A stretch of DNA of 64,000 nucleotides, taken from the NCBI RefSeq assembly GCF_009914755.1, contig NC_060930.1; one strand, 5' to 3'. Of this stretch, positions 1 to 12,802 are shown piece after piece. This DNA comes from the human T2T-CHM13v2.0 reference genome, Homo sapiens. The notes under the pieces were generated by a model. The model made no database searches. It was given only the letters and a program-made list of their open reading frames with translations, and was not told the origin of the DNA. Position 1 is the stretch's first letter. Each line of letters opens with the position of its first letter. The position numbers were made by a program, and so were the translations under genes.

Positions 1-1769
1 CTTTTTCTATTTCATTGGCACAGAGGAGAAAAAGCCCTAATTAGTAATATTGTACTTCCCCAGGAGACAATATGTTGAGGTCAATGATTAATTACATTTG
101 GGAACAAATTGGCAAACCCTTTATTGCTTTCATGTTTATCAAATAATGGATATTGAAAAGACTGTACATCAATGTCCATTTAAAACTACTAAATATCTGG
201 GAAATAATTCTGTGTGAAAAACATAAGTATAAGCTATTGATTTCCCTCAAAGACATAATGCATTGGGGTAAAATAGAAAAGTGAAGACAATAGAATGTAT
301 ACAATATTACAGCTAATTTTATTTGGATAACAAAATTGGTAATGTCCACTGAAACTCTAGATCCCCAAAGAATAGTTCCGAGATTCCATCTTATTGACTA
401 GAGATTTGCGGCATATCTTAGAGCAAGTCAATAGTATTCTTGGATATAAATGCATTGACTTAGGCATTATTTACCATAGTACCTAAAACTTTAAAAGAAT
501 ATTTAGGATCTTTGTGGCACCCAAGAACCTGTCTCTCTCTTTCACTCCAAGCTGCTCTGTTTGGGACAACAAAAAGAGCCTCTAGCATGCTTAACATAAA
601 AAATGACAATTTATTGTTGAAAGTCAATCAAACTGCTCATGTTAAAACTGAGCCTGGCACAGCTACATATCCCGCACCCCATCCACATTTAAATGCTCAA
701 ACTATCAATATGACGCATCCAACTTACAGATCATGATTGGACTTGAAAAGTAACATCAGCATCCAGAGGCACAAGGACGAAAAGACAGGTGGCAAGATCA
801 GCCTAACCTGGCTGGAAAGAGGATTTTGTCACTGACATTATGTAAAACTGCTGGTACATGGTATTCTTGGAAAGCATTCTGATATGTTGTTAGTTTTATT
901 ATTGTTTTTGTACTCTCTGTGGATACTGTAGCTCATTGTTGCATACCCTGGTGGACTGCTCCCACTGCCACACTCCCACCTCTTCAATCACTTAGCTTGC
1001 TATTGTCAGCATCTATGTTCCAGAAGCAGCATTCCTATTCTCAATACAGTTATGCTACATACCTATCTTAATCTTAACTACTAGGGGAAAGGTGGCTTGT
1101 ACATAGCCATGAAGCATAAGGAAAGGAGAAAAGCTAATATAAAAATGTATTGTTGAGATCACTGCTAGGGCAACAGAGGCTCAATTCCATTGACATGCTG
1201 AGAAGTATACAGAAGGCCTCCCAGAATTGTTCAACTTAATGGTAGGAGCTGTAGTTTTATTCACCAGCTTCCATACTGATTTGCAGAACTTTGCCCCAGG
1301 ACAGTCTAATGGATTTCTCCTGCTTTCCTCTCTTCATTTTCTTCAAATTTGATATTAGTTATCATATTAGCAGTAGTAGTTGTTTGCCATTTTTATTCAT
1401 GCAGCTAGAACCAGACTCAGGATAAGGTGGTGTTATGTAAGCCACCACTTATCAGACATCACTTTGATTTCACAATATTCACAATGCATTACAGTTTTGT
1501 AGTGACTTCTCAAATGTATTTATATTTAATTTTTACAATCACACTATGTTTTTTTCTATCATTATTGTCATCATAATTCTCACTTTAGAGATGAGAACTC
1601 CTTGCCTAAAATCAACACAATTAATAATTTGTACGGCAATAACTGAAACTCATTTGTATTACATTATTTGTATTTTCTTCTTTCTACATTATATTTTCTT
1701 TTTTAAAAGAAATAAGTCACATATCTACCCATTTGATATTTTCACAATCTATAAAGCATACTGATTGGA

Positions 1770-2074
<305 letters not shown>

Positions 2075-2247
2075 AGAATATATATATACATATATATCCT
2101 GAAGAAACTAGGGTTGTATGAGTTCTGGGCATTAATTGTAATAAAAATGGAGGCAGAGAACATTTACATCATGATAGGAGCTTCAGCTAGGGCTAAACCA
2201 TTCACCTGATTTGATTCCCATGGTCTATATAGCCCGTTCAAGGGTGA

Positions 2248-2762
2248 TGTGGTAGCCAGCCTTTAAAATAGGCCTCAAAGATTTTTGCATCCTGGTATTT
2301 AGTGCTTCCCTCTCACACTGACTAGTCTGGTCCAGGTAACTAATAGAATATTGTGGAAAAAGCAGAGTATGACTCCTGAGGCAGTATCGTAGAAACACAT
2401 TGCCTTGCTCTCTATTACATTAGTCATCTGGAGCAAGTCATTGCCATGTGGTGAGGATACTCAACAAGCTCTGTGGCTAAGTTCTCATGGCAAGGAAATT
2501 GCATTCCCAGCCAAGTTAGTGCTGGCCAGCAACAGGCACTAACTTGGCTGGGAATGCAAGACAGCTTGGAAATAAATCCCCCAGGCTCATTGATGCCTTG
2601 AGATGACTGCAGCTTAATGAGAGATCCTGAACCAGAACCAACCAACAAAGCCAATTCTGGATTCCTGACCTACAGAAACAGTGTGGGACAATAAATATGT
2701 ATTGTCCTTTTAAGCTGCTAAGTTTTTAGTTAATTTGTTATATAGCAACAGATAGCTAAAAT
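2248..2762 (+). mobile_element. MaLR solo LTR, MLT1 family
   Basis: Starts tgtggtagccagcc and ends with the MLT1-type tail aataaat...tttaagctgctaagttt...ttgttatatagcaacagatagctaa. Confidence 0.75.
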
Positions 2763-3555
2763 AAGGCCAGAATCTGGAAATACTAGTTCTGCACTGGTTT
2801 TCATTACTTTGGGAGTACTCAACTGTGCTGTGTTCTTAGAACTAACAAATAGAAGTAAGATTCATGATGAATTCTGTCTTCTAAGATCCATTCTGTGAAA
2901 CTCTTTCAGGTGAAATTTCCTAATAAGGATGTACATTGAGTATTAAAAAATTAAATGCATTTTTCTTATAGTTCATAATGAAACTGCTCTATATAAATCC
3001 CAATCTATTTGATAACAAATAGCACAAGTTTCCAATAACCTATATTTCTTTGTCTCCCTTTGTCATCCCAGCTCAAATACAGCACTTCAATAACAATTTG
3101 AGTGACCTAGGCTTGCAGCTGACATAGTGTCCAGGTGATTGCCAGCTAATCAAAGTGATGAAATTTATCAATCTGAAATAATTCACCTGAAGATGTACAG
3201 CTATAGTACATATTATGAAATTATTGGGAAGGTGCAAATTATATATTGTGGAAGTGAGTGATCTAAATAAAAAACTGCAAAGTAAGTTAACTAATACATG
3301 AAGCATTTTAAATCAAGCAATTTTAAGATGTTGAGTGAGAAATAAACTATCTATAAAAATAAAAGTAAGGGAATCTATGAAGACAGTTGCAACACATTAT
3401 AAAATACAATTATACTATAATAATTTTGGGAAAGATTATTATACAAAATACTAATACCTAGTTTCTATGTGGTATTCTATGTATTGTGCTAAGTGCTTTA
3501 CACACATTATCAGAATTAATTCTCAAAGTTAATTCTTAATTTATTCTCTTACTAT

Positions 3556-4166
3556 TGAAGTGGCCACATTGTCTGGTGTATACACCCTGGGGTTAGTCAT
3601 CTCATGCTGGGAAAATTTAGGACAGGGACACACACGAGGAGTTTAGGAGTGGAGGTTTAATAGGCAGAAGAGAAGAGAAAGAAAAACAGCTCTCTCTATA
3701 GAGAGAGAGGGGTCTTCCAAGTGGAAAAGGTTGGCTGGCAGCGGAGGCACTGGATTTCATAGTTCAGCTTGAGGAGTCGCTGTGTGATTTATGTGGAGCT
3801 CACAGATTGGTTCGATCAGGTGTGACATTTACATAGTGCGAAGGAAAGCTGGTTGCCCCACCCTAATCTTATTATGCAAATGAATTATCCTTGGCCACCG
3901 TCATCTTGTCTGCCCCTTACTGTACAGGTGACTGGCAAATAAGGGATGGTGGAGCCCCCATCTTGAACATGTCTAGTGCTTAGTTCCTGCTGACATTCAC
4001 CTGTGCAAGCTTGCAGCTTGCTTGTGTATGTCTGCAGCTAGACTTTACAGTCTGCTCTTTGTTAGAAAATGATTTAGGGCTGCTTTTCATTAAGAAGAAA
4101 AGCCTTACCCAGGACTCTCATACGTTTACTATCTATCTAAGTGATTTCTTCTTAACTCCTATATCA
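3556..4166 (-). repeat. 3' LTR (LTR9-like)
   Basis: 611 bp. Minus strand begins TGATATAGGAGTTAAGAAGAAATCACTTAG and ends CCACTTCA. Homologous to 12803-13414 and preceded by the PPT. Confidence 0.95.
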
Positions 4167-4177
4167 TTCCACCCTCT
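4167..4177 (-). other. Polypurine tract
   Basis: Minus strand AGAGGGTGGAA immediately before the TG of the 3' LTR. Confidence 0.8.
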
Positions 4178-4254
4178 GGAGTGGTCACCCTAACTGTTGT
4201 TAGGGGTTATTGGGCAATGACTCTTTCTGGCTACTTCCTGCTGAAAAGGGGCAT

Positions 4255-6135
4255 CATGCAGGGAACAACAGCAGCTGGGGCTCCTCTTGGGGTCAATCCA
4301 AGGGTCCTCAGAAAAAAGGTGTGTCCATGCATGGTTCAGTCTGCAGCACCATTTTAAGTTTCATTGCTTCTAGGTAAGAGGAAACAATTTGAGTTATAAT
4401 ATTGAGTAGACAGGGTTCAAACATTAATATAGAACATATGAGCAAGAGAGGACTTAATAATGGAGCTAATCAGTTCCACAAAAAAGACTAAAATTCATTA
4501 AAGAGCAATTGTAGCCATCCAGGGCTGGAGCCTGCATTTTTTCTTAACCTGTTAATGATTTTAACTTGATCTTTAAGCACTTGTGGGTTTTCTTCTACTT
4601 GACTAGAGGTGTTGATCTAGAAGCAGCATGTTTCATTTAAGACTGAACAGGCACCCCCTACCTCGGCTGTAAGAACATCCAGGGCTCATCTATTCTGTGC
4701 TACTAGTGAGGCTAAAGAGTCTATGGATTAGACTTCTATGGATCCTACTGTTGCCTTCCATCCTCAATACATCATAATGAATATATTAAGTACTGACCTT
4801 TCAGAAAGAGGAATACCAGCAAACCAGAAGAAGTATTCCTCTTATTATAGAATTTCCCATCCATGATCTTTCTAAAATGGGATTGTCATGTGCATGCCCT
4901 CCCCAATTTTCTCTTTTGGTTAAATCTCCATATGAGGGCATGGAAATGATAGATCTCTTTGTTTCGTGTATCTGAGATGGTGCACTTTCTAAAAAGGAAC
5001 TTAGATTAGGGTTGTCCCTAGATGATGCATCCTTGTCAGGGGAATTTAAAAGTAACAGGTTGGGGACCACTGCTACTATAGTATAGGTTCCTTTCTAGTG
5101 CCTAGGGAGGATTAAGGAGCCACAATGGAAATATAATCCTGTCTCTTGAAGGGATGGTTTAAGTTGTGACCTGTGAGGGACACAGGCAGATCTTTCTCAT
5201 ATCTTAGAAGCTTTTCCCCCTTATATATAATAGGGGCATCTTTGGGATGGGGATATCCATACTCAGAATAGTCATTCACAATGCGATTTGGAATCTTACA
5301 TGCAAAATTAGAAGGGTCCACCCAACAAATGAAGTTTCAAAAAATTAACATTATATGCCCTGGCCAGTATCTCAGATGATCTTTGTGGCAAGGGCTGTTG
5401 GTACAGATGTCTCCAGTTTGCCCACAAATTCGTAGGCCATTACTATTAGCAAACATCATACAAGGATCTGGAATTCCATGAGGGGACATGTTTGGAAAGG
5501 CCCATGTGTTATTATTTACATCATAATCAAGGTGGTTACTTAGAGCATGCCATTCTCATTGGGACTTCCAACCAGATGGAGCGGCTAGATTCTGAAAGCC
5601 CCCCATAGGGCTTCTGATCCTTTTAGATCATGCTTATGGCACCTTCTTCCTCAAATCTTAGAACTATCAGCAATTACAAGTGTGATATTACAATATTTGA
5701 GATCTCTAAAGTATGGTTCTTCCCCACTGCCTTTAAAGCAATGGGAGACATTTGCCATTACCCAGTCAACTTTCCCAGCCTGAGGTTGTGAGGCTTATAT
5801 TTGGGGAGAGTATTCCTTGGCACTAGGGGTGGAGTGCTTTCCTGAGCAGAGTTAGTTATTCAGTTGAAATTGCTCCTATACCGTGTCCCATTTATACCTC
5901 ATAAATCTTTTAGGATTAAAGGTAAGGCTAACAAAAGGAATCCTAAGACAGTAAGTTCTGGGTGATCAGGAGGTTTCTTAGTGTTATTAAACTGAGCAAA
6001 CTACTTGGGACAGACCCAGCAATTAGTCTTACTGTACAAATGGGCCATAGCTGATATTGCAGGAGCTAACGGGTGTGATGTATCACTAAACCCAATAAAA
6101 AGTCCTAGCAGACTCAGTGATAGTAAACCTTTCAT
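4255..6135 (-). pseudogene. env: ERV env (gamma-type SU-TM), disrupted
   Basis: Signal peptide MKGLLSLSLLGLFIGFS, CWVC motif, GTYTIAVVP, TKR sites, ISD QNR*ALDVLTAEVGG, CX6CC (CSVLNETCC, 4623-4649), TM LAPLLSPLLLICSILMF and tail EAMKLKMVLQ. Several stops and frameshifts. Confidence 0.92.
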
Positions 6136-6329
6136 GTTCCCTTCTTGTTGGTAACTATTATCCCTGTAATTATGAGTCAAAAAGAACCTCCGATATTTGA
6201 CAGCAAATCTCAAGAGAAAAAGTAGAAGTGACTGAATGGTAGAGGTGGAATTGAGTAGGACAAGTTGCCCTTGCTCATTTACTTATCTGTTATGATTTTC
6301 AGCTTAAGGTCTCCTATTCCTCCACATTG

Positions 6330-9300
6330 GTATCCAGGATGTTCCTCTGGGCTGTCAGAGGTTGCTCTCTCAGCTTTCCAGGCTTTGACTTGAGTGTAAT
6401 GTATCCAGGAATAGATACCTGTACATTTTACTGCCTAGGGGGTTGAAAGGAGAATGGTATAAGATCCTTCCCAGCTTAGGCTTAGGGAAGGAGAAAGTGA
6501 AGGGAGAGATTTTATCAATGCCAAATCTCCTGGGTTAAATAAAAGGTGGTCCTACTTCTTGGGATTGGGCTTCTGCTAGTTGTGTTAATTCCTGTTGAAA
6601 GCAAGCCAGAGAGGCAACATGCTTAACCAATTCAGAGGTCTCTTGGTTTAATGAGAAATTATTGGTGAGAAAAGCCCATCTGTACAGCATCTCAAAAGGG
6701 CTTAGACTTAACTTTGAAGGGTGTTTTTTATAGGCAGGAAAGCCATGGGAAGAAAAGTTACCCAAGGAGGGTGAGTTTCATGGGCCAGTTTCCTGAGATG
6801 TCTTTTGATGGTATCATTTGTCTTATCTACCTTTCATGAGGACTGGGATCTCCAAGTGCAATGGAGATGATACCATATGTCTAGTGCCCTTGAGACCCCC
6901 TGTGTGACAGCTGCCTTAAGTGAGGGGTCATTGTCACTTTGGAGGTACTTAGGTAGACCAAAATGGGGAGTAATTTCATTAGTTAACACCTTTCCTACCT
7001 CAGAGGCCTTTTCTGTACAGCATGGAAATGCTTCTACCCAGTTAATAAAAGTATCTACCCATACAGGAGGTATTGGATGCTTCATCTTTGGCATGTGGGT
7101 AAAGTCTATCTGCCAGTCCTCCCCTGGATAGCTTCCCATCCTTTGGGTTTGAGGAGGAATAAGCCGTCTGTTCAGGGGATTATTTTTAAGACAGACTTCA
7201 CAAGCATTAACAATCTATTTTACTATTTTTAGTAAGTTATCTCTTGAAAACAATCTATGGACACATTGATAAGTTTTATCCTTTCCCAAGTGAAAAGCTT
7301 GATGAAAGAATTTAAGGACTTTCCACTGGCTGGTAAGTGAAGCTTGCCATGTTCTGACTAAGTCATCCTGAGGGCTGAAAAGTGTACCCTCGAGAAGTGG
7401 CCCATTCTATTTCTGCAGGGGAGTACTTGATTTCTCTTATGAAGCCTTCCCCGATTAGAGGTGCTTCAAGTGTGTTGATATCATGAGGCTTCCTTGTTGC
7501 TGACTTGGCCACCTAATCAGCTAGCTTGTTTCCTTCAGCTATTTCTGAATCTACTCCCTTCTGATGTCCCTTACAATGCATCACTGCTACCTCTCATGGA
7601 AGGAAAACTCAGGGTAATAACCTGTTAAATTCCTGAGGGTATTTTATAGCAGATCCATTGGTGGTAGGAAAGTGTCTTTCCTTCCAAATGGCAGCATGAG
7701 TATGGAGAACCAAGAAAGCATACTTGGCATCATTGTAAATGTTAGCTACCTTTCCCTTGCTTAACTCAAGTGCTCTTGTAAGAGCTCTCAGTTCAGCTAG
7801 TTGAGCGCTTGTGCCTGGAGAGAGAGAGATGCACTTTCAATAAAATTATTCAGAGTGACTACTGCACATCCTGCCTTTAGACTCCTTGCTCTACAAAGGA
7901 GCTTCCATCTGTGAAGAGGGTCCAATCTGGATTTTCTAGAAAGTTTCCCTGAGATCTTTCCTGGCTGCTTAGGTCTGTACCACAACTTGTTCACAGTCAT
8001 GTTCAGGTTCACCAGTTCCCTTGGGGAGAAAAGTGGCTGAGTTTAAGTGAGAACCAGTTTTTAACTGGATGGTGGAACCCTCTAACAATAGAGCTTGATA
8101 CTTAAGGAGGCTGCTGTCTGTTTACCAAAGGCTTCCCTTAGAGGACTGTAATCCTGCCACATTATGTGGGGTATAAACAGTTAAGTCATTTCCCAGGTTA
8201 ATTTGGAGGCTTCTGGGACCATTAAGTCCACTGCAGCAATGGCTCAGAGGCATGCTGGCCATACTTTAGCCACCAAATTAAGTTCCTTACTCAGATAACC
8301 CACTGGTTGTTGAGCTGGTCCTTGGGCCTGCATTAAGACTCCCAGGGCCATTCCCTTCCTTTCTGATACATACAGATTGAAGGCTCTTCCAACGGGAAGG
8401 CTGAGAGCTATTGCCTTAAGTAGGGCCTGCTTTAGCTGCTTAAAGGCCTTTTGAGCTTCAGTTTCCCAGGTTAGGATATGAGTTTTAGCTGCTTGAGTTT
8501 CTCTTATGAGGTGATATAGAGGATGAGCTATCTCACTGTACCAGGTTTCCATAGCCTGCAAAATCCTGGAATGTCCCCAAATCCTCTTAGTTGCTTGACG
8601 GTTTTGTGGAAGGGGAAGGAGAAAATGGACTAATCCTTTCTTCCCCTAATGCTCTGGTCCCATTAGACAGCACTAAATCCAGATACTTCACTGAGGTTTT
8701 GTAAAGCTGGGTCTTAGATTTTGAAAGCTTATAGCCTCTGCTGGCTAAGAAATTAAGAAGAGCTTCAGTGCCTTCCTGAGAAGCTGCCTCAGTTGGGGTA
8801 CAGAGCAACATATCATCCACGTATTGAAAACCTTCCCCTGAAGATGGGAAAACTTGGAGAGTTCTTTTGACAATGCATGTCCAAAGAAATGAGGGTTATC
8901 TCAAAATCCCTGAGGCAGCACCATCCACGTAAACTGGGTGGTTTGGCCAGACAGATTGTCAAAGGCAAACAGGTATTGAGAGTCAGGATATAACAGTATA
9001 CAGAAGAAAGTATCTTTTAAATCTAGGACTGTAAACCATTTAGTTCCCTCAGGTATTTCGGTCAGCAAGGTATAGGGATTAGGTACTACCAGATAGATTG
9101 GGTTTATGAACTCATTAATGAGGTGGAGGTCCTGAAAAGTCTCCATTCCCCGTTGGTTTTGCACTGTTAATATTGGAGTGTTGCAGGGGCTCTTACAGCG
9201 TTTGAGGAGGCCCTGCATCTTCAGGTTATTAATAATAGCTTCTGGCCCTTTCCTAGCATCTTGCTTCAGGGGATATTGTTTCTGGTTAGGAAAAATGGTG

Positions 9301-9730
9301 GGATCCTTAAGATGGATCTGGACTAGTCTAGTGGTTACAGCTCGACCTATTCTTCCTTGAGCTGCCCACACTTCTGGATTGATATTAGCTTCCACCAGGG
9401 GAAGACAAAGAGATTGTCCTGGGGCCATAAGGATGCTGGCCCCCATGTGAGTTAACTCTCTCTACATAATAAAGGAGTGGGGCTTTCTGGCATGACTAAA
9501 AATGCATGTGTGAATAGTAGGTTTCCCCATCTGCAACTAAGGGGTTGAGAAAAATATCGAATTAGAGTTTTTTCCTGAGACGCCCCTCACAGTCATGCTA
9601 TGGGAAAGGGGGAGGCGTGGATGAGAGAGGAGAAGAGAGAGGCTGGTCCCAGGGTCCAGAAGATCTACCTTTCTTCCTTCAATTTCCAGAATCACCTGGA
9701 GCTCCTGTGCTGTAATGGCAGTTTGAGCTG
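6330..9730 (-). pseudogene. pol: ERV pro-pol (protease, RT, RNase H, integrase), disrupted
   Basis: Protease LLDPG; RT FTVLDLKDTFF, LPQGF and QYVDD (~8813-8827); tether PAQQPVGYLSKELN; integrase PGEDWQIDFTHMP, WVEAFP, LQSDN and C-terminal WEGSY. Broken into many short ORFs; ends approximate. Confidence 0.95.
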
Positions 9731-9789
9731 CTGGAGCCAGGGGTTTGAACACCACCTGTGAGATTGTTCTGAACCCAGTCACCTTCATC

Positions 9790-11204
9790 TCCAGGGGCAG
9801 TCCGATTTCCAGTGGTCCCTGCCACATTCTGAACAGGGTCATGTTGGTTTCTTCTTGCTTTCTGGGCACTCCCTTCTTAAAGTGCCCTAATTTGCCACAC
9901 CAATAGCAACTAGTAAATGCATCTCAGGGATCCTGGACTTTGCAAGCCTGCAAAGAAGCTGCTAGAGCCTATGTCCTTCTCTTTTGCTTCCTCTCTTTCA
10001 CCTGGTCCTCCTCCTGGTATATATTATAAAAGACTGAGGTGGCCACCTTCAGGAGGTTCTCTAAGGTGCTCTCTGGTCCTACAGTCTGATTCTGTAGTTT
10101 TCATCTAATATTGGGAGCTGCCTGTGTAATAAATTGTCCTTTAGGATGAGCTGTCCCTCCACTGACTCAGGATAGGGAGGCATGCTTTATTAGTACCTCT
10201 CTTAGTCTTTCCATAAAGGCTGCAGAATTCTCAGCTGGGTTTTGCTTTATCATTGACAGTTTAGAGTATTTAAGAGGTTTGGCTCAATTTCTTCATTCTT
10301 CATAGGCTCTCCAATATGCACATTAATATGTGCATATTCCTTTTCCATTCATCTGCAACATTATTGGTGTTCCAACTAGGATTGTCAAGAGTAACTGCTT
10401 TCCTTCGTATTGGGAATGGTGTTTCCATTATCTCTTCACCTTCCCTATTTTCTCTTTTCCTTTTAGGCCTAATATAGGAGACATATTTCTCATCTCTGAA
10501 TTTCTCTGCTGGCTGCTTCTCAGCTGTGGTTAGGGTTTGGCTTAGGAGCAGCATAACATCCCTCCATAAGAGGTCAAATACCCGAGTTAAATTTTGAAAG
10601 GCTTCTATATATCTATCAAGGTTATTGGAAAATTGGCCTAAGTCTCCCTTTACTTGCCTAAGTTCCTGCAATAAGAAGGGAACTTGAACCCTAGTGGCAT
10701 CACCCCCATTTGGGCATTTTCTGTAGGGGTGAAAGCTAAGGTGGGGAAGTGAGAAATTTTGGCAATGGTGGAGGTGGAAGAGCTGGTGGCATGGACTTGA
10801 AGGGCTGGACACACAATAGCTGCCTCAGATGGTTTTTGGGGAAGTTGCTTTTGTAGCCTTGGGGGATTATTCCCTTTGGGCCTGCCTGATATGATTGCTA
10901 AAAGGGCTGGGTCAATTGTGCCTTGTCTGCAAAGGTATGGGTTGTCTCACAGGGCAAAGAAAGCCTGTACATAAGGTACCTCCGACCATTTGCCCTCCTG
11001 TCTGTAGAAAAGATCTAATTGTTGGATAATATTAACAATTAAGGCTTTCTTCCACAGGCCAGGCTGGTTCAAGAGGGTAAGAAGGCCATGCTCTTGTGAA
11101 AAAGAAAATGAGCCACTTTTTCTTCAAAGTCTCTGGGTTAAAGGAGTCCAAGTGCTTCAGAATGCACTCTATAGGAGTACAGGCTAAGATGATCTGTTAC
11201 CCAT
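9790..11204 (-). pseudogene. gag: ERV gag, disrupted
   Basis: ATG GGT AAC (MGN) at 11204, MA-like CTPIECILKHLDSFNP after a frameshift, capsid RVQVPF...YIEAFQNLT...WRDVMLLLSQTLT, and two zinc knuckles CYWCGKLGHFKK.C and CSECGRDHWKSDC. Confidence 0.93.
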
Positions 11205-11965
11205 CTAGAAAGAGAAGTGAGAAAAAGGCAACTCTTTAGTCTCCTTCCTTGTGTTGTGACTCAGGGTGGATTGGGAGATAGTGGGGGCACACCCCACTGC
11301 TGTTTTCCCTCTGTGGTTCCTGAGTCATGGCACCTTGTTGAATGTGCCACCCATGGCTGCACATGTGATCCCCAGCCCTGAAACCAGAGGAACTAAGTGA
11401 CTGGGATTAGTCACACTCACCCATGCAATTCTAGTCCTCTGCCTGTGATTTCCCTTTGACTTCCTAGACTTGTGTGACCTGCCTGGCTCCCCGAAAAAAA
11501 AATGGATCTCAGAAAAGACTATGTGACAGTTGCATTTGGGCAACTGTTACACTTCCCTTTTGAATAGAGGAAGTGTTCTGGTTGGAGCTCTATATCCTGC
11601 TATTATGGCCTGTGCTAAAGCATTTACCCTTAGAGAATGATTCCAGTTAACTTCCAAACTTAAAATCCGCTTACTAATTAAGTGACATTTTAATTGGAGA
11701 CACAATAGTGCTTTAAAAGAATTTAGGGACCAAATGGTCATTTTCCTGCAGATGGAACAGTATTGAGACTAAAATTTGGCTTCAGAGGATATTTTACCAT
11801 TAGTTGTTGAAGGCAGAAGTTTCCTGTTTACAGAAGCAGCAGGAAGCCTGGTTTCTAGTAGAGAGGTGCAAAAAAAGAAAATTGGGAAGCTAGGGTGTTT
11901 CAGTAAAGGACCCACAATGTGTCTCATGGACAGGATCTCTATTCCACTAGGCAGCACTGTTGACT

Positions 11966-12178
11966 TTGAAATGCCATGTACTCTCAAGACCAAGGGCAGA
12001 GTGACCTTGATATGCCATGTGCTCTCCAGACTAAGGGCCAAGAGAGAACTGGAAATGCCATGTGCTCTCTAGACCAAGGGCAGAGAGTGACCTGAAAGTG
12101 CCATGTGCTCTCCAGACCAAGGGCAGAGAGAGGCCTGGAAGTGCCAAGTGCTCTCCAGAGCAAGGGCAGAGAGTGACC
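11966..12178. repeat. Minisatellite, 5 x ~42-43 bp, in the ERV leader
   Basis: Unit approximately tggaaatgccatgtgctctccagaccaagggcagagagtgacc, five diverged head-to-tail copies. Confidence 0.92.
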
Positions 12179-12780
12179 CTTACTCTGTAGGGGACCCTCT
12201 GTTTCTAGAAAATTACAAAGACACCATCCCTTGAGCCATATCTCCATTTACTTGCCAAACAGGATTACTTCCCTGAACTGTAAAATTTCCCACACATTGC
12301 ATATACAGAGAGGAGAGGAGAGATAATGATTACAGACAGGAAAGGAAGAAATTATGATAGAAAAGTTGGAGATCTTGTTGCTGACACCCTATCAGGTGGT
12401 TGGAGACTGGGGTCAGTCCAGAAGCCTTTGGATAACACCAGGGGTTGGCTCCAGCCAGAAATCCTCAGTTGCTCCAAAACTTCTTCCAGCCCCATGTGAC
12501 AGCTAAGTCCTTCATGAAAGAAAGCTGGTTCAAACATGGTCAATATGCCCAGCAACCCGTGGGTGCTGGGTGATTCTCCATGTTCTCCCCAGCAAGCCTG
12601 TCTTCCAAGTCTTGTAAGGCTGACAGTCACACTAATCCTTTTTAAATGGCTGAAGGGAGCCCAGTGTTTGGTTTGATTTCATTCTAAAATGGAGACTGAA
12701 AGGCTTGAAATGAAAGGATAGAGTTAGAGTCTGCTCCTCTACTGGGATTAGCCACATTTTGATTAATGTTATACCTTTGT

Positions 12781-12799
12781 ATCCCAGATGAGGTCTCCA
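12781..12799 (-). other. Primer-binding site, tRNA-Pro-like
   Basis: TGGAGACCTCATCTGGGAT just inside the 5' LTR versus the tRNA-Pro PBS TGGGGGCTCGTCCGGGAT. Two differences are CpG-type transitions. Confidence 0.75.
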
Positions 12800-12802
12800 A
12801 TA

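Noticed and set aside
4255-6135. Possible domesticated syncytin-like env gene
   Set aside because: Stops right after CWVCPK, within the ISD and after CX6CC, plus frameshifts. No long ORF remains.
11966-12178. Regularly spaced repeats resembling a CRISPR array
   Set aside because: Units are head-to-tail with no unique spacers, there are no cas genes, and the array lies in a primate ERV leader.
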